Assembly: GCA_046726415.1 (NCBI GenBank)
Contig: JBKPAK010000263.1
Span: 1-30,951 of the forward strand
Direction: 5' to 3'
From: Candidatus Methylomirabilota bacterium
GTDB taxonomy: Bacteria; Methylomirabilota; Methylomirabilia; Rokubacteriales; CSP1-6
Length of the DNA: 30,951 bases
How positions within the stretch are numbered: the first letter of the stretch is position 1; every line of letters begins with the position of its first letter. Shown here in pieces: positions 19,547 through 28,013 of this stretch. A model generated the notes under the pieces. It ran no database searches and was not told where the DNA came from. It saw only the letters and a list, made by a program, of their open reading frames with translations. A program made the position numbers and the translations under genes.

Positions 19547-20716
19547 TCACGAAGTGAGGCCCAGCGCTTCAAGGAGCTTCCGGGCGACGCGGGGGGCATC
19601 GAAGAATTCCTCGGCCAGGGCCCGGGCCGCTTTGACGTGCCGGAGATAGTCGTCATTGATCGCCTCCACGGCGGCCACCGCCTCCTCGGCCGTGGTGAAG
19701 GCGAAGAGCCCCTCGCCGACCGGGAGCACGTTGCTAAAGCCGGTGTTCTGAGCGACCACCGGCTTGCCTGAGGCGAGGTAGCAGGCGTCTCGCTCACTGA
19801 ACCAGCCGCTGCGAAGCCTCACGTTCTGGTCCTTGGCGACCGTGAGCTCGCCCCGCGAGCCTCGGATGTAGGCGGGGTAGGCGCCAAAGACGTCCAGCGA
19901 GAACCGGAAGGGCGAGACGACGCGCCAGCCGTGGCGCTCGAGGCGCTGGCGGTCGGCCGGTACCGTGTTCAGCGCAAGCTCGAACGGCTGAGCCGTGCGG
20001 CGCGGAAGGTCGAGAATCTTCTCCCACTCGTGATGCTTGCTCCACCGGTACACCTCGCCGCCGTACTCGACGTCCTTGCCCTCCTGCCGGTAGTTGCCGA
20101 TCGTGGTGAAGTCGCGCGCATCGGGATCGTAAGCCATGGGCCAGAGCGCGAGGTCGATAGGCTGGCGAGTTGTAAGGTACTCGATGTCCTTCAGGGGGAC
20201 AGTGCAGTCGGGCGCGCCGTAGTTCTCGCCGTAGGTGACGATCATGTCGTGGACGCCGAAGGCCCACCGCGTGTGCTCGTCGCCGTTGGCCAGGCAAAGC
20301 TCAGCGGTTACTGGGTCTGTCTGGATGTAAACGCGCAGCGGGGCGGCCAGATGCTCGTCCCGCAGGTCGGTCCCTCCGGTCAGGTTGATGAGGACATCGC
20401 ATCCACGGTAGAGCGTATCCAGCGCTGATCCGCTCAGCCCCCAGCACGCGTCGGCTCGAGGGGGGAATCTGAGGGCCCATCGAACGCCGGACCCGAGGCG
20501 AGCGGTGCACGCGGCGACGTGGCGAACGGCATACTCGCAATCGTCGGTCCCCGTGTTCTGCTCCGGGTCATAGGGCCACCAGGAATGGTCCTCTACGTAC
20601 CAGACGTCGTGGCCGAGACGCTGGAAGCCCCGGAGCCAGTTCAAGAACAGCCACGTTTGCCCCCCAAACGGGAGGCCACCCATGGTCCCCAGCACCACGA
20701 TCGTGAGGCGCCTCAT
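19547..20716 (-). CDS. Uncharacterised GT-B-like protein, paralogue P1
   Basis: 389 aa; GGQTW...GFQRLGHDVWYVED, TRQP, FTTIGNYR, DLPRR, SRGELTVAK, SGWFSERDACYLASGKPVVAQNTG. Confidence 0.75.
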   Translation of the reverse strand: MRRLTIVVLGTMGGLPFGGQTWLFLNWLRGFQRLGHDVWYVEDHSWWPYDPEQNTGTDDCEYAVRHVAACTARLGSGVRWALRFPPRADACWGLSGSALDTLYRGCDVLINLTGGTDLRDEHLAAPLRVYIQTDPVTAELCLANGDEHTRWAFGVHDMIVTYGENYGAPDCTVPLKDIEYLTTRQPIDLALWPMAYDPDARDFTTIGNYRQEGKDVEYGGEVYRWSKHHEWEKILDLPRRTAQPFELALNTVPADRQRLERHGWRVVSPFRFSLDVFGAYPAYIRGSRGELTVAKDQNVRLRSGWFSERDACYLASGKPVVAQNTGFSNVLPVGEGLFAFTTAEEAVAAVEAINDDYLRHVKAARALAEEFFDAPRVARKLLEALGLTS

Positions 20717-21432
20717 GACGCTGGCTGCGCAGGCGCGAGGCCAGCGAACGACGTGAGCTCGATCCCCAGCCGCGCCAGCGCCGTGCGCACCCTAGGATCA
20801 CACAGCACCGCGACCTCGCGCGCGCGTTCCGCGCTATACATGGTGTCGAGATCATTGGCGTAGGCCGGGTGACAGCCGAGCTCTGTGAAGCCCGGAGGAA
20901 GCGTCTCGAGAGTCCGGATGAGCCCGGCTACCGTAATCGCGGCGGGCCAGGGCTCGCCGTCCGCCGTTTGCCCATAGAAGGCGCCCGAGTAGCGGATGCA
21001 CTCGGCCTCCTCGCGGAGCGGGATCCTCAGGTCGCGCGCCAGGGCGGTAAGCGCCGACCGCACGGGCTCTCGCCGGTGCACGTGCTGGTGGGAGTCGAGG
21101 TGCGTGGGCTCCCGCCCCATCAGCTCGCGGAAGCGGAGCATCTGACGCGCGATCTCGTCCCTGCCGGCAAGATAGTCATCGAGCGGCACGACGGTATAGA
21201 GCGGCTGCCAGGCGCCGTCTCGGCGGGCCCATTCGCCGAGATCGACGTGGAGCCCGACGCTAAGCTCCGGCCGCTGGCGGGCGTAGGCGGCGGCCTCGGC
21301 GGCGGCGGGCCAGCGCACCATGAGGCTCGCGCTCGTCACGATCCCTCGCTCATGGGCGTCCACGATGCCCCAGTTAACTCCGGGGCTCTGACCGAAGTCA
21401 TCGGCGTTGACGATGAGCCAACGCTCAGCCAT
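20713..21432 (-). CDS. ChbG/YdjC/HpnK family carbohydrate deacetylase
   Basis: 239 aa; VNADDFG, GLHVDL, THLDSHQHVH, GCHP. ATGA overlap with P1. Confidence 0.92.
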   Translation of the reverse strand: MAERWLIVNADDFGQSPGVNWGIVDAHERGIVTSASLMVRWPAAAEAAAYARQRPELSVGLHVDLGEWARRDGAWQPLYTVVPLDDYLAGRDEIARQMLRFRELMGREPTHLDSHQHVHRREPVRSALTALARDLRIPLREEAECIRYSGAFYGQTADGEPWPAAITVAGLIRTLETLPPGFTELGCHPAYANDLDTMYSAERAREVAVLCDPRVRTALARLGIELTSFAGLAPAQPAS

Positions 21433-21449
21433 GAGTCACCGCCCGGGCG

Positions 21450-21700
21450 ATCCGCCTGGTGAGGATGGGGTCGGGAATCAGAGCACTCGCGGGCCACGGC
21501 CCGTGCGGGGTCGGTCGAACCGTCGATCGCGTCCCACGGCCTGTCCATCGTCTTGAACGGTAGCACGCTGCGCCGTCGGAGTGGCACAGGCAAACCCGGT
21601 GTCTTGGATGACGATAGGAACGCCGAGGGCACGTAGCGAGGTGGTCGCAGTGGACCCAGGGGTGATTGCGAACGCGTCGGGCGCCATCTCGATACCGGTT
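21450..21700 (-). pseudogene. Decayed C-terminus of a fifth GT-B-like paralogue
   Basis: Frame-shifted fragments ALGVPIVIQDTGF and VLPFKTMDRPWDAID...ARAVARECSDS align to the P1-P4 C-termini (LALGKPVVVQDTG; LFAFET...ARAIAETEF). Confidence 0.72.
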
Positions 21701-22076
21701 AGTATCCCATGCTCGTGCGTGCCGCGGCTGGCGGCGCCTCCCCCACGGCAGTGGCAAGCGCGGATTCAGTGGGCGGAGGCGTGCGGGCGCTTTTACCGCG
21801 CTCTTCGTGCCGCCGGACGTGAACGAGCGCCTTTTCGATGCCGGGGCTCTATCAGAGGTGTGGCGTGAACGCGTTGGCGGCCCCGGACGTGTAGTAAGCT
21901 GGTTCCAGAAGCTCGTGCCCGACCTTCGACGCCCTCGCGACGGGTACGCGCGGTATGGACCGTCATGGCAACCGGCCGAACCGAGCTCCCCATTTGGTGC
22001 CGTGGGGCAACCTCGCCAACTGCCCGCGTTGTCACTAGGCTCCCCCCTGGCCAGCCGGCGCCGAGCACCGCAGGTG

Positions 22077-23432
22077 ATGGGACGCTCCTTCAGACCAGCT
22101 CTTTGGCTTGGTCCGGCCGCGCTCCTTTGGGGTGTGATCGCCTTCGTCGCGCGTATCCCCACCGTTGGGGCCGCGACAGTCACCGACGTGCTGTTTGTCC
22201 TGGCGCTTCCGCTCTCGTACGTCGCTGGGGTTGGAGCCGCCGTCCAAGCCACCGCCAGGCCACGGAGCGCAGTCATGCGTGCTGCGGCGATGACGCTTGG
22301 TCTCCTCATGGCCCTAGCGATGCTGGAATTAGCTGCGGCCGCACGGTTCGTTCACTGGGAGCTCCTACTCAAGTTTCTGAGTGGAGAGCAGCAGCATTAT
22401 GTACCCGATCCCGACCTGGGGTTCCGGCACACGCCCAACGCGCGAGGATCCAGCCGGCCGCGAAGCGACGTCGAGGTGGCGTGGGGTCTCCCCGCGTCCA
22501 GATTTGATCGGGTCACCGTGACATATGACCGGCGCGGTTACCGCAACGCAACGGAGCTCACCAGGACGGACATCGTCTTGATCGGCGACTCCTACGTTGA
22601 AGGGCACTACGTCTCGGACGATCTGATTGTCTCCAGGCTCCTGCAGGACCGGCTCGGTCAGCCCGTGGCTAATCTCGGAGTATCCGGCTACGGAACGGCT
22701 CAGGAGCTCGTCGTGCTCAAGCTGGACGCCATGTTACTCGAGCCGAGAGTCGTGATTTGGTTTTTCTTCGAGGGAAATGACCTCTACAACGATCAGGAAT
22801 TCGAGAACACCCTGCTCGCTCCTCGCGAGGTGCGGGCGAGCGCATGGACGGAACGGCGTGGCTGGTGGCGTCGGTCTCTCGTCCGCAACGCCCATGCGCA
22901 GCTCCGCCTCATGCTCTACCCGCTTGTGCCGAGCTACTGCCCACATTTCGGGGTCTTGACGGCCGGACCCCATCGCGGGCAGAAGATCCTCTTCGGGCCC
23001 GAGGCGGCCTTTCGCTGGACGGAGTTCGAGCAGGGTCGATGGGAAAGGGCCCAGCAAACGCTCAGAGAGGCTGTGAGGTTCACGCGGGAGCACAACGTCA
23101 ATCTGCTGCTGGTCTACGTCCCCATCAAGTTCCGGGTGTACCGGGACTTCATCGAGCTTCCACCTCGCGGCGAGCTCGGTGACTGGACGCTCTGGCCGCT
23201 CCCCGACCTCTTCGCACAGTTTTGCCGCGCCGACAGGCTCGCGTGCCTCGACCTCACGGGGCCGCTTCGCGACTCCGTTCGCGCCGGAAGTATGCCCCAT
23301 GCGTTCGCCGACTCGCACTGGAGTCCCGAGGGCCACCAGCTCGTCGCGCTGCGGCTCGAGGAGGTACTCGAGTCGCTCGGCTGGCTCCGAGCGTCTGGTG
23401 AGCCCCGTAACGTCTGGCTCGTCGCCCCGTAA
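22077..23432 (+). CDS. Membrane-anchored SGNH hydrolase / AlgX-AlgJ-like O-acyltransferase
   Basis: 451 aa; N-terminal TMs, PDPDLGF, IGDSYVEG, NLGVSGYGT, FFEGNDLYN, DSHWSPEGH. Start at 22077 is preferred to 21666. Confidence 0.82.
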   Translation: MGRSFRPALWLGPAALLWGVIAFVARIPTVGAATVTDVLFVLALPLSYVAGVGAAVQATARPRSAVMRAAAMTLGLLMALAMLELAAAARFVHWELLLKFLSGEQQHYVPDPDLGFRHTPNARGSSRPRSDVEVAWGLPASRFDRVTVTYDRRGYRNATELTRTDIVLIGDSYVEGHYVSDDLIVSRLLQDRLGQPVANLGVSGYGTAQELVVLKLDAMLLEPRVVIWFFFEGNDLYNDQEFENTLLAPREVRASAWTERRGWWRRSLVRNAHAQLRLMLYPLVPSYCPHFGVLTAGPHRGQKILFGPEAAFRWTEFEQGRWERAQQTLREAVRFTREHNVNLLLVYVPIKFRVYRDFIELPPRGELGDWTLWPLPDLFAQFCRADRLACLDLTGPLRDSVRAGSMPHAFADSHWSPEGHQLVALRLEEVLESLGWLRASGEPRNVWLVAP

Positions 23433-23467
23433 CGTCTGGCTCGTCGCCCCGTAACGTCTGGCTCGTC
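23402..23467. repeat. Perfect 3x22-bp tandem repeat
   Basis: GCCCCGTAACGTCTGGCTCGTC at 23402, 23424 and 23446; supplies the stop codon of the SGNH gene. Confidence 0.97.
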
Positions 23468-23798
23468 GATGAACCATCCGCTCTGTCAGCAATGAATGGA
23501 ACGAAACATCCCTCTTGCGGCGTGAGCGCTCTGTCTAGCTTCCCGCCGGCCGCTGGGATCGTCTCGCGCGACACTGAAGCCACTCGGTTGTGGGTCGCGG
23601 CCGAGTAGGGCCGGTTTGCTTCGGTCCGCGACCCTCACGAGAGCGGAACCCTGGTAGCCGAAGGGATCGCGGTGGGCTGCTTGGAGCCGAGGCCGAGGAC
23701 GAGTCGGCACGAAGCAGGAGCGCGGCAGGCCCCCCTTGGCTGCCGTGGCCTCAGGCGGGGCGAGCGAGAGGAGAGGAACGTGAAGGACAAATAATCCG

Positions 23799-23952
23799 AT
23801 GAACATTCTCGGGATTTCAGCCTTCTATCACGACAGTGCCGCCTGTCTGTTGCAGGAGGGTGAGTTGTCGCCGCGCTGCTGAGGAGGAGCGGTTCACGCG
23901 GAAGAAGCAGCTCCGTTTCCGCAGCACGCGCTCGACTACTATTTGGCTGAGG
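23799..23952 (+). pseudogene. N-terminal relic of a NodU/CmcH-family carbamoyltransferase
   Basis: MNILGISAFYHDSAACLLQEGE / AEEERFTRKK / PFPQHALDYYLAE across frameshifts, then truncated. Confidence 0.9.
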
Positions 23953-24964
23953 ACTCGCCCGTTCCTGCGCGAAGGTCGAACACGACGAGGTGCCCGTTTT
24001 CGAGACGGCACGCGAAATGTGACCGCAGGTGCCTGTGAAACTCTCGATAGTGGCTGAGCCACCAGAAGGCAGGCTGAGCGAAGGCGATGCATGTGGCGCC
24101 GCCGCATCGGAGGCGGTCAAGCTCTCGAAGCGCCGTGGCGTCGTCCCCGGGCGGTCCCCAATACTGCCCCGCATGTTCGAGGAACGGGAGCGCCTCCGGC
24201 CAGACGTGGTCTCGGATCTGGTCGTCATCAACGAAAATGAGCCGCGCCCCAGGCGGAACGACAACGGCGAGGTCGCGCCGAAGCTCGCGAATCAGATGCA
24301 GATAGTCAATCAGCCAGAGGTACTTCCTCGGATGCACGACCGACAGAGGCTGGAAGGCCGTCGCTTCTCGAGCGGCCCCGAGCCGAGGGTGACGGTCGAC
24401 GCGCTCCCGGTCGGCATAGAGGAGCGCATTCTGGGCGTACCACCACTCGACGCGTTCGTCGCGCCAGACGCGGGGCCGAATGCAATCGATTGCGACGTAG
24501 CCCCGCTCGCCGAAGCGCTCGACCCAGTACTCGGGCCACTGCTCGTTCAGATGCTCGACGCCGCCTTGGTGAGGGATGGCGGCAGAGAAGAGAACAACCG
24601 GACCGAGGGCCGTTAATGACTCGATGAAGGCCGTCGCATGGTTCGGCGGAAGATGCTCGGCGACCTCGACCGAAACCACGAGGTCGAAGCACCGGGGGAG
24701 CCGGACCGGCTGCCGGAGGTCGGTCGGCAGGAACCGGTCCGGCGGGATCTGCAGGAGCCGCGCGTCGACGTGCGGCCCGTCCAAACCCCAGACGTCCTCG
24801 ATCCCGTAGTCGCGAAACACGGCGAGCCAGGCACCAAGGCCGCATCCCACGTCGATCACAGAACGCGGCTGGACCAGATCGAGGACGATCGGGACAACAG
24901 CCTCCGCCGAACGGCGCGCGCCGTCGCGGTGCTTCCGATAGAAATCCGCCGTATAGAAGGTCAT
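23939..24964 (-). CDS. Class I SAM-dependent methyltransferase with an extra C-terminal domain
   Basis: 341 aa; IDVGCGLGAW, FDLVVSVEVAEHL, FSAAIPHQGGVEHLNEQ, WWYAQN, plus a ~110-aa C-terminal extension. Confidence 0.88.
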   Translation of the reverse strand: MTFYTADFYRKHRDGARRSAEAVVPIVLDLVQPRSVIDVGCGLGAWLAVFRDYGIEDVWGLDGPHVDARLLQIPPDRFLPTDLRQPVRLPRCFDLVVSVEVAEHLPPNHATAFIESLTALGPVVLFSAAIPHQGGVEHLNEQWPEYWVERFGERGYVAIDCIRPRVWRDERVEWWYAQNALLYADRERVDRHPRLGAAREATAFQPLSVVHPRKYLWLIDYLHLIRELRRDLAVVVPPGARLIFVDDDQIRDHVWPEALPFLEHAGQYWGPPGDDATALRELDRLRCGGATCIAFAQPAFWWLSHYREFHRHLRSHFACRLENGHLVVFDLRAGTGESSAK

Positions 24965-25193
24965 TTGTTACGCGAGGCTATTCGTATCGAGTAATTTTCC
25001 GACCACGCGTCAGGTCTTCCGGAAAACACCATTGTGACCAATTGTGATCCATCTCCGAGACGCGATGGCTTTCTGGCCAGCCGAGAGCTCATCGGCCAGA
25101 AAGCACGAGAGTTCTGCGATAGCCAGCCGCACGGTGATCCGCACGAGGAAATCAGAACAAGCGTCGCGCCTGGGCGAGCCAGTGGCGACGGCT

Positions 25194-26342
25194 TCACACC
25201 CCAGCGATGTCGAGCAGCCGGCACAAGATCTGGTCCGAGTCGAAGTACTGGCAGGCGAGCTCCCGCGCTCTCCGTGCATGCCGCGCGTAGTCGCTCTCTA
25301 CGCGCTCGAGCGCTCTCGCGGCTTGATCCGTTCCCTCGAACACGATCAGTCCCTCACCGGCCGGCAGGTGCTCGTTGAACGCGGTGTCCTGGACGATGCT
25401 GGGTCGTCCGGCCGCCAAGAAACAGACCGTACGGTCACTCACCCAGCCGCTACGCCCCCGGGCGTAGCCGTTCTTGACGACGGTGAATTCACCGCGGGAG
25501 CCCCATACGAAGTCTCGGTAGCTCGCGGTGTTCCGACAGTGGCGGCGCGGATCGCTCAACCGCCACCCGTGCTCCTGCAGGCGCAGCACATCAGGCTCGT
25601 CAGGCTGAATGGCCAGACACAGCTCCAGAGGACACGAGACGCGACGTGGCAGGTCGATGATCCTGAGGAACTCCTCCGCCTTTTGCCCATACCAGACTCC
25701 ATCCCACTCGACAGGGTCGTAGCCGCGCCAGTCCGCGACCGTCGTGTACGCCTGCCCCGGTGGTCGGGCCGTGGTCCATTCGGCGAGTACCACCGGAGGA
25801 AGAGTGGTGTGCCAGCGTATCCCGAGAGTGGGAAATGGGCAGACGCTCCGGCCGATGTTCAACCCTACTGTCACGAACACGTCGTGGCCCTCGAGGTTCA
25901 TGTCACTGCCGTACCTGGCCTGCCAGACCTGAGTAAAGCCAGGATCCAGATCGAGATACAGCCGCCGCTTCGCGGTGCGCAGGATGTCCCAAAAGTGAAA
26001 CCGCCCCGAGATGTTAATGAACAGGTCCGCGCCATCGGCCCACGCCTGCACTGTCTCGCGGGACAGCCCCACGTGTCCCGCGCCCCGTTCGTCCAGCAGG
26101 GAGGCATGCCCAACGAGTTGGTGATGCTCAATGATGTCCGCAAAGTAGCGCGCATTGACGGAGTCCGCCAAGGCGGTCGATTGCCAATGGTCGTCCAAGG
26201 ACGAGTTCGCTCCTAGGTGTTCGACGTACAGCACCTCGCAGCCGAGCCGTCTGAATCCCAACACGTACTGGAGAAAAGCCCAGGTGTTTCCCGCTCCGCC
26301 GAAGGGATGCTGAGCGATGGCGCCGGCGATCGCGATGCGCAT
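25194..26342 (-). CDS. Uncharacterised GT-B-like protein, paralogue P2
   Basis: 382 aa; GNTWAFLQY..GFRRLG, LDLDPGFTQ, TVGLN, YTTVADWRG, DLPRR, SRGEFTVVK, SGWVSDRTVCFLAAGRP. Confidence 0.75.
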   Translation of the reverse strand: MRIAIAGAIAQHPFGGAGNTWAFLQYVLGFRRLGCEVLYVEHLGANSSLDDHWQSTALADSVNARYFADIIEHHQLVGHASLLDERGAGHVGLSRETVQAWADGADLFINISGRFHFWDILRTAKRRLYLDLDPGFTQVWQARYGSDMNLEGHDVFVTVGLNIGRSVCPFPTLGIRWHTTLPPVVLAEWTTARPPGQAYTTVADWRGYDPVEWDGVWYGQKAEEFLRIIDLPRRVSCPLELCLAIQPDEPDVLRLQEHGWRLSDPRRHCRNTASYRDFVWGSRGEFTVVKNGYARGRSGWVSDRTVCFLAAGRPSIVQDTAFNEHLPAGEGLIVFEGTDQAARALERVESDYARHARRARELACQYFDSDQILCRLLDIAGV

Positions 26343-26387
26343 TATGAGCTCAGCGACGGATGGCGACGGGACGCTGCCCGTCCTGCA

Positions 26388-27557
26388 TCACGCAACGCCA
26401 CACTCGACGAGCAGCCGGTGCAGAACCTTCTCCGCCGCGAACTCAGTCTCGGCAATGGCACGCGCGGCCTCGCAGTGGCGTTGATAGTCTCCGTCCACCG
26501 TTTCGAGGGCGGCCGCGGCCTGCTCCGGGGTCTCGAAGGCGAACAGTCCGCGACCGGTCGGGTAGTATTGCCGCCACCCGGTGTCCTGGACGACAACGGG
26601 CTTGCCCAGCGCGAGGTAGACAGCGCTGCGGCAGCTGAACCAGCCCGTGCGTAGCGCGACGTAAACGTTCTTCGCCACGCTCCACTCTCCCCGCGCCTCG
26701 CGGAGGTATGAACGGTAAGACTCCATGGTGGCCGATCGCTCCGGCGCGCCGACCACGTGCCACCCGTGGTCGCGCAAGCTGGCCAGGGGGGCCGCTCCGG
26801 CGATCGCCACCTCGATTGGGACGCGGGTACGCCGCGGCAGGTCGAGGAATCGATTGAATTCTACGTCTTTCCCCCCGTACCGGACACCGTCGATCTTCGG
26901 GAGACTGACGTCCGTCTTCCACGACATGACTGTGGTGAACTTCTCGGCACAAGGGTCGAAATGATACGGCCAGCGTTCCAGAGCGACCGGCTGACGGGTG
27001 GGGATCCAGCGCAACCCGCACGACGGAACGAGGCAACCCGGCCGGTCGATGTTCTCAGCAAAGGTGAGGAACCGGTCGTGCTGGTGTATCAGGTCGACCG
27101 AGAAGAGCTCGTCTCGCGTAGCATACCCGCGCTCCTTCGCGAGCAGCTTGGCCTGAGTATAGCCGGGGTCCGAATCCAGGTAGGCAGTACGCTTGGCGCT
27201 GCGGTACTCGTCCCGCAACCAGCAGCACCCGGAGACGTTCAGGAAAAGATCGGTGGATCTGCAGAAGTTTGCCACCGCTTGCTGGCTGGCTCCGTGATAG
27301 GTGCCATCAGGCGCGCGCAGGGAGAAAGCGTCTTCGGCCACGTCGATGGTGCGCAGGGCGTGGAGCAGGTAGCGCACATTGGCCGTCACGTCGTTCGTGA
27401 AGGTGTGTCTCACCGGATCGTAGAGCCACTGGCCAGTGTCCTCGAGGTACAGCACGTCGCAACCGAGCCGGCGGAACCCATCCACGTAGGCGAGGTAATC
27501 CCAAGCAACACCCCCCATCGGATACGTTGCCACGAGCCCTGTCACGACGATCCGCAT
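26388..27557 (-). CDS. Uncharacterised GT-B-like protein, paralogue P3
   Basis: 389 aa; GGVAWDY..GFRRLGCDVLYLED, LDSDPGYTQ, TRQP, FTTVMSW, DLPRR, RGEWSVAK, GWFSCRSAVYLALGKPVVVQDTG. Confidence 0.75.
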   Translation of the reverse strand: MRIVVTGLVATYPMGGVAWDYLAYVDGFRRLGCDVLYLEDTGQWLYDPVRHTFTNDVTANVRYLLHALRTIDVAEDAFSLRAPDGTYHGASQQAVANFCRSTDLFLNVSGCCWLRDEYRSAKRTAYLDSDPGYTQAKLLAKERGYATRDELFSVDLIHQHDRFLTFAENIDRPGCLVPSCGLRWIPTRQPVALERWPYHFDPCAEKFTTVMSWKTDVSLPKIDGVRYGGKDVEFNRFLDLPRRTRVPIEVAIAGAAPLASLRDHGWHVVGAPERSATMESYRSYLREARGEWSVAKNVYVALRTGWFSCRSAVYLALGKPVVVQDTGWRQYYPTGRGLFAFETPEQAAAALETVDGDYQRHCEAARAIAETEFAAEKVLHRLLVECGVA

Positions 27558-28013
27558 ACGCTCACTATCCTGTCCGGTGATTTTCGCCCCTGGCCTGCTA
27601 CGCGGACTTCGCCGTCATGACGACCGGTGACAGCTCCCCGCGGCGCTGGCCTCTGCCAAAGATACCTCAACGTCACACGGGCGAGGATCACGGCACTGGC
27701 CGAGTACGCCCACGGCTTCGTTCCGAAGGATGTCCTCGTTCCCGTTGGATCGGACCCGAACGGCAACGGCTCGTTGGGTCGGCCTGAGAATCGGGTCGGC
27801 GAAGACAGCCGTTCCCACGCGGGTCCACGAACCGCTGTCAGTGGTCATCCCATCATCCCCTACCGTGATCACCGAAATTTCACAACCTCCCCAGGCCGGA
27901 GGGCGGAGTTATGATTGATCCAAGGTTGTCGGGGTAGCACCGAGAGCCCCGAGAATGCCCGAGGCTGGGGTATTACTGGCGGGCCTTCGAGCACCTCGGG
28001 GTCACTCGTTCGC

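Noticed and set aside
21666-22076. 137-aa N-terminal extension of the SGNH protein
   Set aside because: TTG start without RBS, overlapping the GT relic, mostly Arg/Pro/Gly-rich; it cannot be wholly excluded.
23402-23467. Mini-CRISPR or iteron set
   Set aside because: Head-to-tail with no spacers, no rep or cas gene nearby, and it overlaps a CDS end.
17890-23952. Nodulation (nod) gene cluster
   Set aside because: NodS-like and NodU-like families are widespread; no nodA/nodB/nodC recognised, and the carbamoyltransferase is a relic.
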